A stretch of 64,000 nucleotides of DNA from positions 109,238-173,237 of the IMG/VR virus record IMGVR_UViG_3300035034_002090; one strand, 5' to 3'. A program made the translations under genes and the position numbers. The notes beneath the pieces were generated by a model that did not search any database, was not told the origin of the DNA, and was given only the letters and a program-made list of their open reading frames with translations. How positions within the stretch are numbered: the first letter of the stretch is position 1; every line of letters begins with the position of its first letter. Below are positions 10,234 through 18,276 of this stretch, in pieces. The stretch is from a virus. Lineage: Duplodnaviria; Heunggongvirae; Uroviricota; Caudoviricetes.

Positions 10234-11086
10234 TTTCGTACGACTCAACAGCGCCGAAGAAGCATTCGAGTATGTCTACTCGCTCTGGGAAACCAAGCAG
10301 TTCAGGGACTCTCAGACGAACACAGAAGGCTTCATTCGCCATATCGTCACCAAGCTGACCGATCGACCGATCATTTTTCACGAGATGAGCGATCCTGAAA
10401 TGGAGTGGTCTCACTTCACGACTTGGATGGGATCGATCGCCCTTCGGGAGTATGACAACCCAGCTATCCAAGACCTGTACTACCTCCACGAAATGGCTCA
10501 CGCGGCCACTATGGAGTATGACCCGCTGATGCCCTTTGCGAAATGGCACACGAAGATGTGTGTGAATGAGATGTTCGCTTCGACGGTGAGCGAGGTTTAC
10601 GTCTACTGTAAACTCCCCGGCCTTCGGGAGCTTTCGTTTGATTTTGAGATATGGGCTGACCGAATCCTGAAAGATGAGGCTTTTGGTGACTACGATCCTG
10701 TTGATGCTGGCCCATTCCTGCTCGAAGACCGTGAGTTCAACACCTACTTCTCAGGACGGGTCAGGGCGATGAGGGATCCCGATCCCTTCGACTTCATCGA
10801 GATGCAGATCGCCAAATACGGCCGCCAGAACTTCGAGTGGTCTACAATCTGGAAGGATAACTACAAGCGTGTTGAGGAAGCTGTTCACAAGCTGTACGCC
10901 CACGAGGATAGGGGGTGGTCTAGAAAAGATGCCATCGAAAGGCATATCTCTTGGCTCAATGCTGAGATCGGATCCGAAAGGGGCAGCGCTCATAGGGAGA
11001 TTCCTTTTTGGTGGGAGGCTAATGTCTTCACCTCGATGACCAAGAAGCTCACCGCTGATTACGGTAACGAGATCTTGGAGACCTGA
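10220..11086 (+). CDS. hypothetical protein (translationally coupled to aminotransferase-like gene)
   Basis: 288-aa ORF overlapping previous gene by 14 nt. Confidence 0.45.
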   Translation: MRMRNFVRLNSAEEAFEYVYSLWETKQFRDSQTNTEGFIRHIVTKLTDRPIIFHEMSDPEMEWSHFTTWMGSIALREYDNPAIQDLYYLHEMAHAATMEYDPLMPFAKWHTKMCVNEMFASTVSEVYVYCKLPGLRELSFDFEIWADRILKDEAFGDYDPVDAGPFLLEDREFNTYFSGRVRAMRDPDPFDFIEMQIAKYGRQNFEWSTIWKDNYKRVEEAVHKLYAHEDRGWSRKDAIERHISWLNAEIGSERGSAHREIPFWWEANVFTSMTKKLTADYGNEILET

Positions 11087-11323
11087 TGCGCAGGGATAAG
11101 GACGAGAAGCAAGATTGGGGGTTTATCGTGTACCTTACCTCTCTGGTATCCATCATGTTGATGTTGGATAATGTAGCAAGTGTTTGGGGGTTGAGAGGTC
11201 CCCTTTGACCATCTATACGTTTTTGTCTTTCATAACATCGGCATTCTTAGGTCTTCTTATTTCCGTGCTAGTATTTGGTTCTGCCGGAGGCCCACCACGG
11301 GGCGGCGCGCATTAGGAGTAGAT

Positions 11324-11632
11324 ATGACTCACTTTCCGGAAGGTTATGAAGACTCGCCGTATGAGGACTCAGGGTATGAAGGTTCACCATACGGGGATCC
11401 CGGGTATGAAGATTGGGGTCCGGAATGGCCGGAGAGAAAAGAGGAAGAGCCTGACCCAGAACAAGACGGGTGTGGCTGCTCGGGTTGCCTAGGGATGTCC
11501 GTAGGGTGTCTGTTGTATGCCCTGCTGTTCGTCTTCTTATGGGCCTTGATCTTTGGCGTAACCCTTGGTGATGATTCATACAGCATGGGTTGCTTAACTA
11601 TAGAGGACGGCGTCAGATTCGATCGTGAGTAA
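11324..11632 (+). CDS. small membrane protein with acidic YE(D/G)SPY repeats
   Basis: N-terminal tandem repeats YEDSPYEDSGYEGSPYGDPGYED; Cys-rich segment; C-terminal hydrophobic helix LLYALLFVFLWALIFGV. Confidence 0.4.
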   Translation: MTHFPEGYEDSPYEDSGYEGSPYGDPGYEDWGPEWPERKEEEPDPEQDGCGCSGCLGMSVGCLLYALLFVFLWALIFGVTLGDDSYSMGCLTIEDGVRFDRE

Positions 11633-11897
11633 TTGGAGTGTTTACATCGTAGGGTGTTCTGATGGGAGCCTGTACACAGGCGTCACGACGGATGTAGAGC
11701 GCCGGGTTCACGAGCACAACAATACGAGGAAGGGGGCAAAGTACACGCGTGCGCGCAGGCCCGTGGAGCTTGTCTGGTCGCAGTATTGCGTCAATAAATC
11801 CACAGCATACAAGCTAGAAGATGCGATAAAGAGGCTCGGAAGAAAAATGAAGGTGGCGATCGTTGAGGGTCGCCGACAACCACCATGCAAGGAGTAG
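11625..11897 (+). CDS. GIY-YIG family endonuclease
   Basis: VYIVGCSDGSLYTGVTTDVERRVHEHN matches GIY-(x10)-YIG-x-T...R...H.EH core. Confidence 0.75.
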   Translation: MSNWSVYIVGCSDGSLYTGVTTDVERRVHEHNNTRKGAKYTRARRPVELVWSQYCVNKSTAYKLEDAIKRLGRKMKVAIVEGRRQPPCKE

Positions 11898-11953
11898 ATA
11901 TTTTGAAATTTGGGCCTAACAGTGATCTATCCGATCTTTAGTTCCAGTTCTAC

Positions 11954-13273
11954 ATGAAGACCAAGCCCGCTGAGGCGGTCCAGATCGATGTCCCTTTCGA
12001 GGTTGACACGCTTGAGGGTGAGGGTCTGTCTGGCAAGGCTGGCGATTACCTGATGCGTGGAGTCAAGGGTGAGCTTTACCCCTGTGATCGTGAGATCTTC
12101 GAAGAAACCTACGCTCCTGAATCGCGTCTGTCGGAGTTGGAATCTCGCTGTGAAGAGCTAGAGATTGCGGTAACCAATGACTACACCGATGGATACGAGG
12201 ACGGCTATGGTGTTGGTCTTCGTCACGGACACGCACAGGCGGATCGTGGGGAGGGGCTACCGGAGGTCTTCGATGAGCATGAGACTCACGAGCGCAAGCC
12301 TACTAGTTGGCACCGCGAGCGAGCTGATGAGCTGGCTGCTGATTGCGAGAAGTGGCGCATCCGAGCCCACAAGGCGAGGAAGGAGCGCGAAGAGATCGCC
12401 ATGGAGTTGGCCGCCCTCAAGGCTTACGGTGATGTCAGAGAGCTTAAGGCCGAGCGAGATAAGCTCAAGGAGTTCATCGACTACTTGCGTAACCGCAACA
12501 ATGGGATGGGTGCCACAGCTCGCAGGATGGAGAAGGTTCAGCGACTCGAAGGGCAGATTGAAAGAGCGAACTCCGCACTGCACGAGATTCGAGATCTTGC
12601 TCGCATCGATCAAGGATTTCCGGAGTGCGATATTGAGCAGATGGTCGACATCTACGAAGTATCCACTAGGGCACTGTTTGCGATGCAAGACGACGGCGTC
12701 ACCTCGGAGAGTAATACGTCGCAGGCTGAGCTGTTAGATAGGCTTGTTGACTACGTGCGTGGCTACGTGGGCGATCGCTATCTGGCAGGCGCTCTAGGCC
12801 AAGCCCTCGACATTGTGGATGAGACCGGAGAGAAGCCCGGTAAAGCCACCGAGGATGAGTTCCACGAGGGCGCGGTCGAGTGGATGCTGGGATTTGCGGA
12901 GTTCCTTGAGGGCGGAGTGAATGCAGAGGTGAAGGCGTGCCGAGAGGCACTGGATACTTTGCATGAGGTCGATGGCCAAGGGCTGTCGTCGGACGAATTG
13001 GCAAGTGCGTGCGCGGCGTTAGTGGCTGAGAGAAATGATGAGAGAGATCGTTCTGAGAAGTTAGAGGCCGAGCGCAATAAGCTCAGATCGCAACTTCACG
13101 CCGCTCTTCGGTCCATTGAGGATCTGGAGAAAGGCACCACTATAAATGAACTCGAACGAGATCGCGAAGAACTCCAAGATAGAATTGATCGAGCGATCAC
13201 AGCATCCGAAGAGGGCTCGGCTTCGGATGCCATCCAAGATATGCTGTTCATTCTCAGAGGTGACTCTCTGTAG
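11954..13273 (+). CDS. acidic coiled-coil protein
   Basis: 439 aa, highly E/R/L-rich heptad-like sequence throughout. Confidence 0.5.
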   Translation: MKTKPAEAVQIDVPFEVDTLEGEGLSGKAGDYLMRGVKGELYPCDREIFEETYAPESRLSELESRCEELEIAVTNDYTDGYEDGYGVGLRHGHAQADRGEGLPEVFDEHETHERKPTSWHRERADELAADCEKWRIRAHKARKEREEIAMELAALKAYGDVRELKAERDKLKEFIDYLRNRNNGMGATARRMEKVQRLEGQIERANSALHEIRDLARIDQGFPECDIEQMVDIYEVSTRALFAMQDDGVTSESNTSQAELLDRLVDYVRGYVGDRYLAGALGQALDIVDETGEKPGKATEDEFHEGAVEWMLGFAEFLEGGVNAEVKACREALDTLHEVDGQGLSSDELASACAALVAERNDERDRSEKLEAERNKLRSQLHAALRSIEDLEKGTTINELERDREELQDRIDRAITASEEGSASDAIQDMLFILRGDSL

Positions 13274-13276
13274 CTC

Positions 13277-14284
13277 CTAGGTGGTTACGACTGTCAGAAG
13301 ATCGGTGTTTTTATTGATGTGCCAAGAGCTAACGATGTTGGCACCCTCCAGCTCTTTCAGTGAGTTTCTGACGAGCTGGCGGAACTTCCACAGGTGCTTG
13401 GTCCTTGAGCCCGCAAGAAGTTTGATCTTCTCGACCTTTGTACGAAGGGGATCCTGCTTAGAGGCTCGGTGGGTCGACAGAAACGCGTGAAGCCATTTGG
13501 AGAAGTCCCCAGAGAGGTTTTGCCTGAGCTGGCTGGGCAGCTGCGTCCATCCGCCAACCTTGAACATATCGGCCAGTGTAGGATTGATGACGACAAGCAT
13601 CTCGTTGGACTGCTTGTTTCGGGCAACCTCTGTGATGAGACCTCCCGCGTACTCAAACTGCTTGTATTTCAGGTGAACCGCGCAGGCGGACATCCGTTCC
13701 AGCGACTGATACAGCCAATCATAGTCCCTTTTAGAGGTGTTTTTGCCGAGGTCGGTGAGGATCTTGTAGGCCACGAACTCGCCAGATTCATCGCCAAAAC
13801 TCGGCCTGATGTAGTCGTCGAGGACGTAGAGCCAGACATCTAGATCCGCCTGACCAAGCTCTTCGCCGGTGTACATCATCTCGACGCCTCCCCACGTGGC
13901 GATCTTCTCCCGCTTGAGGTGCTCGCGCTTGCTTCTTCCGACTACCCTGAATAGCGAGGATCTCAGAAGAAGATTAGGCGCAGCTCTATGCTCATCGAAC
14001 AGGTTTTTAGACAGGTCTAGTTCTATCTGCTGGGCTATTTTCTCTTCGTTGTTTTGCTTTGCTTCTGTAGGCTGTGACTCCTGCTTAGACCTTCGCTCTT
14101 TGTCTTTGAGATAGGCGCGCCCGATGGAGTTCTTGACTTCAGGATCCAGATCGACGCCGAGACCGTCTAGCTGTGATAGTGTGAGATCATCCTTGACGTT
14201 CAATTCCGTTCCTCCGTGAGTCGTTGACTGCTGACTTCGACTAACAACACCGAAGGTATACAGGAACAGCACTTCCGCAAGCAA
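13277..14284 (-). CDS. putative replication initiator (iteron-binding Rep, TrfA/RepA-like)
   Basis: 335-aa minus-strand ORF whose start abuts seven direct iterons; basic, winged-helix-like segments; plasmid-style architecture. Confidence 0.5.
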   Translation of the reverse strand: MLAEVLFLYTFGVVSRSQQSTTHGGTELNVKDDLTLSQLDGLGVDLDPEVKNSIGRAYLKDKERRSKQESQPTEAKQNNEEKIAQQIELDLSKNLFDEHRAAPNLLLRSSLFRVVGRSKREHLKREKIATWGGVEMMYTGEELGQADLDVWLYVLDDYIRPSFGDESGEFVAYKILTDLGKNTSKRDYDWLYQSLERMSACAVHLKYKQFEYAGGLITEVARNKQSNEMLVVINPTLADMFKVGGWTQLPSQLRQNLSGDFSKWLHAFLSTHRASKQDPLRTKVEKIKLLAGSRTKHLWKFRQLVRNSLKELEGANIVSSWHINKNTDLLTVVTT

Positions 14285-14296
14285 GCAGTATCTTGT

Positions 14297-14443
14297 CGTG
14301 AAAAGAGGTAGGATGGCACGTGAAAAGAGGTAGAGCGTATCGTGAACAGAGGTAGGATCGTGAACAGAGGTAGGCGGCCGTCGTGAAAAGGAGTAGGCTC
14401 GTGTCGTGAACAGAGGTAGGCGGCTATCGTGAAAAGGGGTAGG
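14297..14443. repeat. iteron array: seven 16-bp direct repeats CGTGAA(A/C)AG(A/G)GGTAGG, spacing 18-23 bp
   Basis: repeat starts at 14297, 14319, 14341, 14359, 14382, 14405, 14428; immediately upstream of the Rep start. Confidence 0.85.
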
Positions 14444-14460
14444 CTACTTGGTACTAAGCC

Positions 14461-14520
14461 TTTGTAGTCAAAGGGTTTTTCTGGCCCTATAATCCCTTCT
14501 TTAATCCTTTTCTAATCCTT
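14461..14520. promoter_or_regulatory. AT-rich tract with TAATCCTTTT x2 and a TATAAT-like box next to the iterons (candidate unwinding element/promoter)
   Basis: TATAAT at 14487-14492; two TAATCCTTTT copies ~11 bp apart. Confidence 0.4.
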
Positions 14521-14571
14521 TTGATAATCGAACTATATCGTGCGCGTGCGCGGGAAAACCGGAGATGGCCA

Positions 14572-14982
14572 ATGACGAAAGAGAACTCTAAGAAAGCACT
14601 CAAATCCATCGAGGGGAGCAAAAAGTCGCTTCGAGAGAGGGTGTTCGACTATATTGAGAGCCAGTCCGAGTTCGGGGCTACTGACTACGAAGTGGAACGT
14701 CACCTCGGCATCAAGCACCAGACAGCCTCAGTTCGACGTAGGGAGCTTGTTAAGGATCTTAGGGTGATTGACTCAGGCTACTCGCGAAAGACCGGCTCCG
14801 GACGCTGGGCGACTGTATGGCGTGTACTTCAGCCGGAAGACAAGGGTTCGCCTGAATACGTGGCTCAGATACGCGAACTCAAGCGCGCCGAAATTCTGTC
14901 GAAGGTCAAGAGGCTCGACGATCAGGCGCTGTTTCAATTAGGTGAAATTCTCGATCAGATGGACAAAAAGGAGGCGCTATGA
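14572..14982 (+). CDS. winged-helix DNA-binding protein
   Basis: GGAG RBS 7 nt before ATG 14572; basic helix-turn-wing-like segment GATDYEVERHLGIKHQTASVRRRELVKDL. Confidence 0.5.
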   Translation: MTKENSKKALKSIEGSKKSLRERVFDYIESQSEFGATDYEVERHLGIKHQTASVRRRELVKDLRVIDSGYSRKTGSGRWATVWRVLQPEDKGSPEYVAQIRELKRAEILSKVKRLDDQALFQLGEILDQMDKKEAL

Positions 14983-15278
14983 ATCGAAGAATCGAAGACG
15001 TACCGTTTTTGACAGCATGTAAGGCTCTCGTCTTAGACAAGGGCGTTGCCGGTGACTACAGGCACAGTGGCTGGGTAGGGTCTGATTGTCGGCTCTACGA
15101 AGACGACACTGTCCGCATTGTCCGCTCGCCAGATCCAAGCGATGAGACCATGGAGGTGATCAGGCTCGCCAACGACAATCCCGTGGCATATGTGACAAAG
15201 GAAGGAGATTGCATTCGATTGCACGGCGAATACAACGAGCTTACCGATCATGTCGAAGCGCTCGCAGACTCCGACTGA
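14979..15278 (+). CDS. hypothetical protein
   Basis: 99-aa ORF, ATGA overlap with upstream gene. Confidence 0.45.
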   Translation: MNRRIEDVPFLTACKALVLDKGVAGDYRHSGWVGSDCRLYEDDTVRIVRSPDPSDETMEVIRLANDNPVAYVTKEGDCIRLHGEYNELTDHVEALADSD

Positions 15279-15356
15279 CACAAACTTGCTTGGCCCGACA
15301 CCTCGACCCTATTATCACCGCTGGTACTTCTTTCGGTGATGAGCAGGGTGATTTGA

Positions 15357-16085
15357 ATGCAAGATCTTCAAGAGCGTGTGGGTGAATTCGGGGAGGACGT
15401 CGGCGAGGTTCTAGACGAGGGCGTTATCAGGTGGCTTAAGGGCGCGGCGATTGCTGCCGTTGTCTATTCTGTGGTGAAGGCCATTATCTGGCCCATCGTC
15501 AGCTTCGCCATGAGTAGAGGTGAGGCCAAGGTGTTCGTCAGGGAGGCCGGAGACCACATCAGGGCTCAGGTCGACAAGGCCATCAGCAAGAGGCCCAAGG
15601 GCGAGCACTATCCAGACGCAGAGAAGGTCTGGGTTGAGTACAGCTTTCCTCTCGATTGGGGGGCTGCTGTCGACGGGGTTATCGAAGCGATGAGTGGATC
15701 TGAAGAGCGTAACATGCCAAGCAGGCCCGCCATCAACTGGAACAAACTCCAGAAGTCGATGCACAAAGCATTCAAGATGATGATCGGAAAGCGTCAGGCT
15801 GGCCCTGAAGTCATCGAGGCCATCGAGGCCGCCCATGGCGACATGATGCGTGCTGAGACCGGAAAGATTTTTGACGAACACGTCCAGCAAAGCATCGCAC
15901 ATGATGTCCAGCAGTCCGATCTCGAACCAGAGGCTGTCGAAGGCGTCCTCTACAGGGACTTCGATGAGGAATGGGAGTCCAGTGAGCCGTGGTTGAGCGT
16001 GAAGCAAATCGATCGCACCAAGTGGGTGATGGTCTATAATGTCTCGCTGAGTGTATTTACTCTCGACGCGGGAATGAGAGGGTGA
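15357..16085 (+). CDS. hypothetical protein (N-terminal hydrophobic helix)
   Basis: 242-aa ORF; AAIAAVVYSVVKAIIWPIVSFAM transmembrane-like segment. Confidence 0.45.
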   Translation: MQDLQERVGEFGEDVGEVLDEGVIRWLKGAAIAAVVYSVVKAIIWPIVSFAMSRGEAKVFVREAGDHIRAQVDKAISKRPKGEHYPDAEKVWVEYSFPLDWGAAVDGVIEAMSGSEERNMPSRPAINWNKLQKSMHKAFKMMIGKRQAGPEVIEAIEAAHGDMMRAETGKIFDEHVQQSIAHDVQQSDLEPEAVEGVLYRDFDEEWESSEPWLSVKQIDRTKWVMVYNVSLSVFTLDAGMRG

Positions 16086-16501
16086 AGTCGATATTAGAGA
16101 ACATTGATTTAGCTTTAGCCGAGTCAGACTTCGAGTCCGAATACGGCGTTCCTGAGAGCGTGGTAGAGCGGTACTCTTGCGGAGAATGCATGTGGCTAGC
16201 TCTAGCTCTCAACAGGCGGTTTGGGTGGAAGATCCGTGCCCAGATGCAGCGTGATAAAAAGCACGGCGATTACGTCGCCCACGCCTATGTGGTTCACCCA
16301 TCTGGACAGGAGATCGACATCCTAGGCCCGCAAGATCATGTCGATGTCTTCGCGTCAGACACGCAGGACTGGCGTGCCCAAGATTTGATTGACTTTTTGG
16401 ATGTAGAGCCCTCAAAAGTAAGACGGCAGATACGTGATGCTGAAAAGACGATGAATCGTTACGTGATTCCCAAGCTTCGTAGTAAGGGCTTGATAGAGTA
16501 G
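16082..16501 (+). CDS. leader-motif family protein (N-terminal SILENIDLALAES)
   Basis: 139 aa; shares the conserved N-terminal leader with 7 other ORFs in the window. Confidence 0.5.
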   Translation: MKSILENIDLALAESDFESEYGVPESVVERYSCGECMWLALALNRRFGWKIRAQMQRDKKHGDYVAHAYVVHPSGQEIDILGPQDHVDVFASDTQDWRAQDLIDFLDVEPSKVRRQIRDAEKTMNRYVIPKLRSKGLIE

Positions 16502-16741
16502 GGATGAGGCGATCGACGAAATCCTAAAAAGTCCTTGACTTGGAATTTCGGTGCCCTTATAGTCCTTAACTTTGACGAGTACGAGGCGCTGCTGCCTCAC
16601 TTAAAAATCAAAAGTGGCACAGGCCACACGAGAAAGAGAAGACAATGCTTCGTTATCAATGGAAATCCAATAATTCGTTTGCGCCCCCGGTTCGGGAGGT
16701 TGCGTCGATGTAATATGGGTTTCCATAGTACGCGAGCAATC

Positions 16742-16771
16742 ACCGGAGCCGGGAAACTGGCTCCGGTTTTT
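16742..16771 (+). terminator. rho-independent terminator
   Basis: CCGGAGCCGGGAAACTGGCTCCGG hairpin followed by TTTTTTTG. Confidence 0.7.
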
Positions 16772-16845
16772 TTGTGCCCGTAGCTCAATGGTAGAGCGCG
16801 ATACTGTTAATATCGTGTGTGGAGGTTCAAGTCCTCCCGGGTACG
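16772..16845 (+). tRNA. tRNA-Asn(GTT) (manual fold)
   Basis: cloverleaf: acceptor GTGCCCG/CGGGTAC, anticodon arm CGATA-CTGTTAA-TATCG, T-arm GGAGGTTCAAGTCCTCC. Confidence 0.6.
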
Positions 16846-16848
16846 CTT

Positions 16849-16920
16849 GGACTCATAGCTCAATTGGAAGAGCGCTGGTTTGAAGAGCCAGACGTCCCCG
16901 TTCGATTCGGGGTGAGTCCA
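16849..16920 (+). tRNA. tRNA-Phe(GAA)
   Basis: acceptor GGACTCA/TGAGTCC, anticodon arm CTGGT-TTGAAGA-GCCAG, T-loop GTTCGATTC. Confidence 0.65.
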
Positions 16921-16926
16921 CTTCAT

Positions 16927-16996
16927 AGGGTGCGCGCTGGGTACGCGGTTGAGGCTCCAAACTTCGACGACAGCCGGGTTCGATTCCCGGGCTCCC
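16927..16996 (+). tRNA. tRNA-like gene, anticodon not resolved
   Basis: clear T-arm CCGGGTTCGATTCCCGG plus 3' acceptor; anticodon arm could not be folded confidently. Confidence 0.35.
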
Positions 16997-17045
16997 TGCT
17001 GAGGCATTAATTGCCTCTTCTTTGACAAGTGAATAGGAACTTTCT

Positions 17046-17127
17046 GCGTCGTACGAGACTTGGTGTCCATGGTGGCTGTAAACCACTTGCTCTATGAGCA
17101 TGGCAGGTTCGATCCCTGCACGGCGCA
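17046..17127 (+). tRNA. tRNA-Tyr(GTA), type II with long variable arm
   Basis: acceptor GCGTCGT/ACGGCGC, anticodon arm GGTGG-CTGTAAA-CCACT, variable hairpin TGCTCTATGAGCA, T-arm GGCAGGTTCGATCCCTGC. Confidence 0.6.
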
Positions 17128-17133
17128 CTTATC

Positions 17134-17206
17134 TTGCCCGTAGCTCAGCTGGTCAGAGCGTGTGCCTGTTAAGCACAATGTCGCCGGTTCGAATCCGGTC
17201 GGGTAA
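17134..17206 (+). tRNA. tRNA with GTT anticodon (Asn-like) by manual fold
   Basis: anticodon arm TGTGC-CTGTTAA-GCACA; T-arm GCCGGTTCGAATCCGGT. Confidence 0.5.
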
Positions 17207-17211
17207 GCTTT

Positions 17212-17284
17212 ACACCCATAGCACAATTGGCAGTGCGACGTGTTTTGAGCGCGTTGGTTCTAGGTTCGAATCCTAGTGGGTGTA
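17212..17284 (+). tRNA. tRNA-Gln(TTG)
   Basis: acceptor ACACCCA/TGGGTGT, anticodon arm ACGTG-TTTTGAG-CGCGT, T-arm CTAGGTTCGAATCCTAG. Confidence 0.6.
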
Positions 17285-17289
17285 CTTGT

Positions 17290-17361
17290 TCCGGGGTAGC
17301 TTAATGGTATAGCGGCGCGCTGTTACCGCGTTGATTGCAGGTTCGAGTCCTGCCCCCGGAG
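17290..17361 (+). tRNA. tRNA with GTT anticodon (third GTT in this array)
   Basis: acceptor TCCGGGG/CCCCGGA, anticodon arm GCGCG-CTGTTAC-CGCGT, T-arm GCAGGTTCGAGTCCTGC. Confidence 0.45.
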
Positions 17362-17366
17362 CTTGC

Positions 17367-17397
17367 CTCGCCCGTAGCTACAATGGCAGGGGTTTGA
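17367..17397 (+). other. tRNA 5'-half remnant (acceptor plus D-arm only)
   Basis: CGCCCGTAGCTACAATGGCAG resembles the 5' halves of the tRNAs at 16772 and 17134 but no 3' half follows. Confidence 0.4.
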
Positions 17398-17471
17398 GGG
17401 CGGGTCGCCAAGTCAGGTCAGGCCCCGGACTTTTTAATCCGGTATACGAGGGTTCGAATCCCTCCCCGCTC
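17398..17471 (+). tRNA. tRNA-Lys(TTT)-like with apparent 8-nt anticodon loop
   Basis: acceptor GGGCGGG/CCCGCTC, long D-loop, anticodon stem CCGGA/TCCGG enclosing CTTTTTAA (8 nt), T-arm GAGGGTTCGAATCCCTC. Confidence 0.5.
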
Positions 17472-17531
17472 ATTGATTGTTGAGTTGCCAGTTCGAGTCC
17501 GAATGGTCAATCTAACCACAAAGGAGCATCG

Positions 17532-18068
17532 ATGAGAGCCATGAGGCGCATGAAAGGTGAAGAGATGGGACTCGTTTTTAAGCGTGACAGAATCTCAGCA
17601 GGCCCGCCCCCCGGTTGGAGCTGGGAGAAGTGGGCTGAGCGTCTAGGTACGGACGTGGCCGGAGCTAGGATGGCTCATGAGGCTGCACGCCGAGAGGCCC
17701 TTGAGGAAACAGGGCTCGAAGTCTTCGACTTGAAAGCCATCTTCGAAATGGAGGATGACGGCCACGGCTACAGAACAGTCGCCTTCTCTTGCGAATATGA
17801 AGGTGAGATAGGATCCGACGAGGCTGGTGTCGTCGCATGGGTTGAGCCTGAGGTTTTGTTCGAAGGTTCCTTCGGAGAGTACAACAGGGCTCTCTATAAC
17901 CACTCGTTTCAGTGGAGTTGGGCGGCCAGTGATGAGGTCGTGACACGGTACTATCATCCCGCTGCGGGCAAGGATACTTGCGTGCTATGTAAGATGGAGG
18001 TATCGAAGAAAGGGATAAGCATGATCGGCGAGCCAAAAAAGGTGTCGTCGAACTATGAGCAAGAGTAG
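17532..18068 (+). CDS. hypothetical protein
   Basis: 178-aa ORF with AAGGAG RBS right after the tRNA array. Confidence 0.45.
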   Translation: MRAMRRMKGEEMGLVFKRDRISAGPPPGWSWEKWAERLGTDVAGARMAHEAARREALEETGLEVFDLKAIFEMEDDGHGYRTVAFSCEYEGEIGSDEAGVVAWVEPEVLFEGSFGEYNRALYNHSFQWSWAASDEVVTRYYHPAAGKDTCVLCKMEVSKKGISMIGEPKKVSSNYEQE

Positions 18069-18074
18069 TTTTCG

Positions 18075-18160
18075 GAGGGTTGGCAGAGTCTGGCTTATTG
18101 CACCGGTTTTGAAAACCGGAGGCGCGAAAGCGCCCGTGGGTTCGAATCCCTCACCCTCCT
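18075..18160 (+). tRNA. tRNA-Ser(TGA), type II
   Basis: acceptor GGAGGGT/ACCCTCC, anticodon arm CCGGT-TTTGAAA-ACCGG, long variable arm AGGCGCGAAAGCGCCCGT, T-loop GGTTCGAATCC. Confidence 0.65.
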
Positions 18161-18276
18161 TATAGCATCCCCCGGCGCAACCCGGCGCGCCCAAGGGGGT
18201 ATTTGACTGCCGGAGTCGATAGGTTATCGTCGAACTTTCAAGGAGGACGGCGCAACAAGGAGAGATGAGGTGAACC

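Noticed and set aside
12177-13077. ORFs 12177-12737 (+), 12257-12688 (-), 12699-13004 (-) and 12778-13077 (-) inside the coiled-coil protein gene
   Set aside because: Alternate-frame ORFs with S/R/P-rich low-complexity products inside a 439-aa ORF that has coherent heptad composition; judged spurious.
14297-14443. Direct-repeat array considered as a possible CRISPR array
   Set aside because: Repeats are only 16 bp, imperfect, and separated by 2-7 bp rather than unique 30-40 bp spacers. They abut a Rep-like gene and an AT-rich tract, so the iteron/origin interpretation is far better supported. No cas genes are present.
16807-17276. ORFs 16807-17070 (-), 16853-17128 (-), 16819-17010 (+) and 17094-17276 (+) overlapping the tRNA array
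   Set aside because: They span consecutive tRNA genes. No RBS is present, and the translations are dominated by tRNA-derived GC-rich codons.
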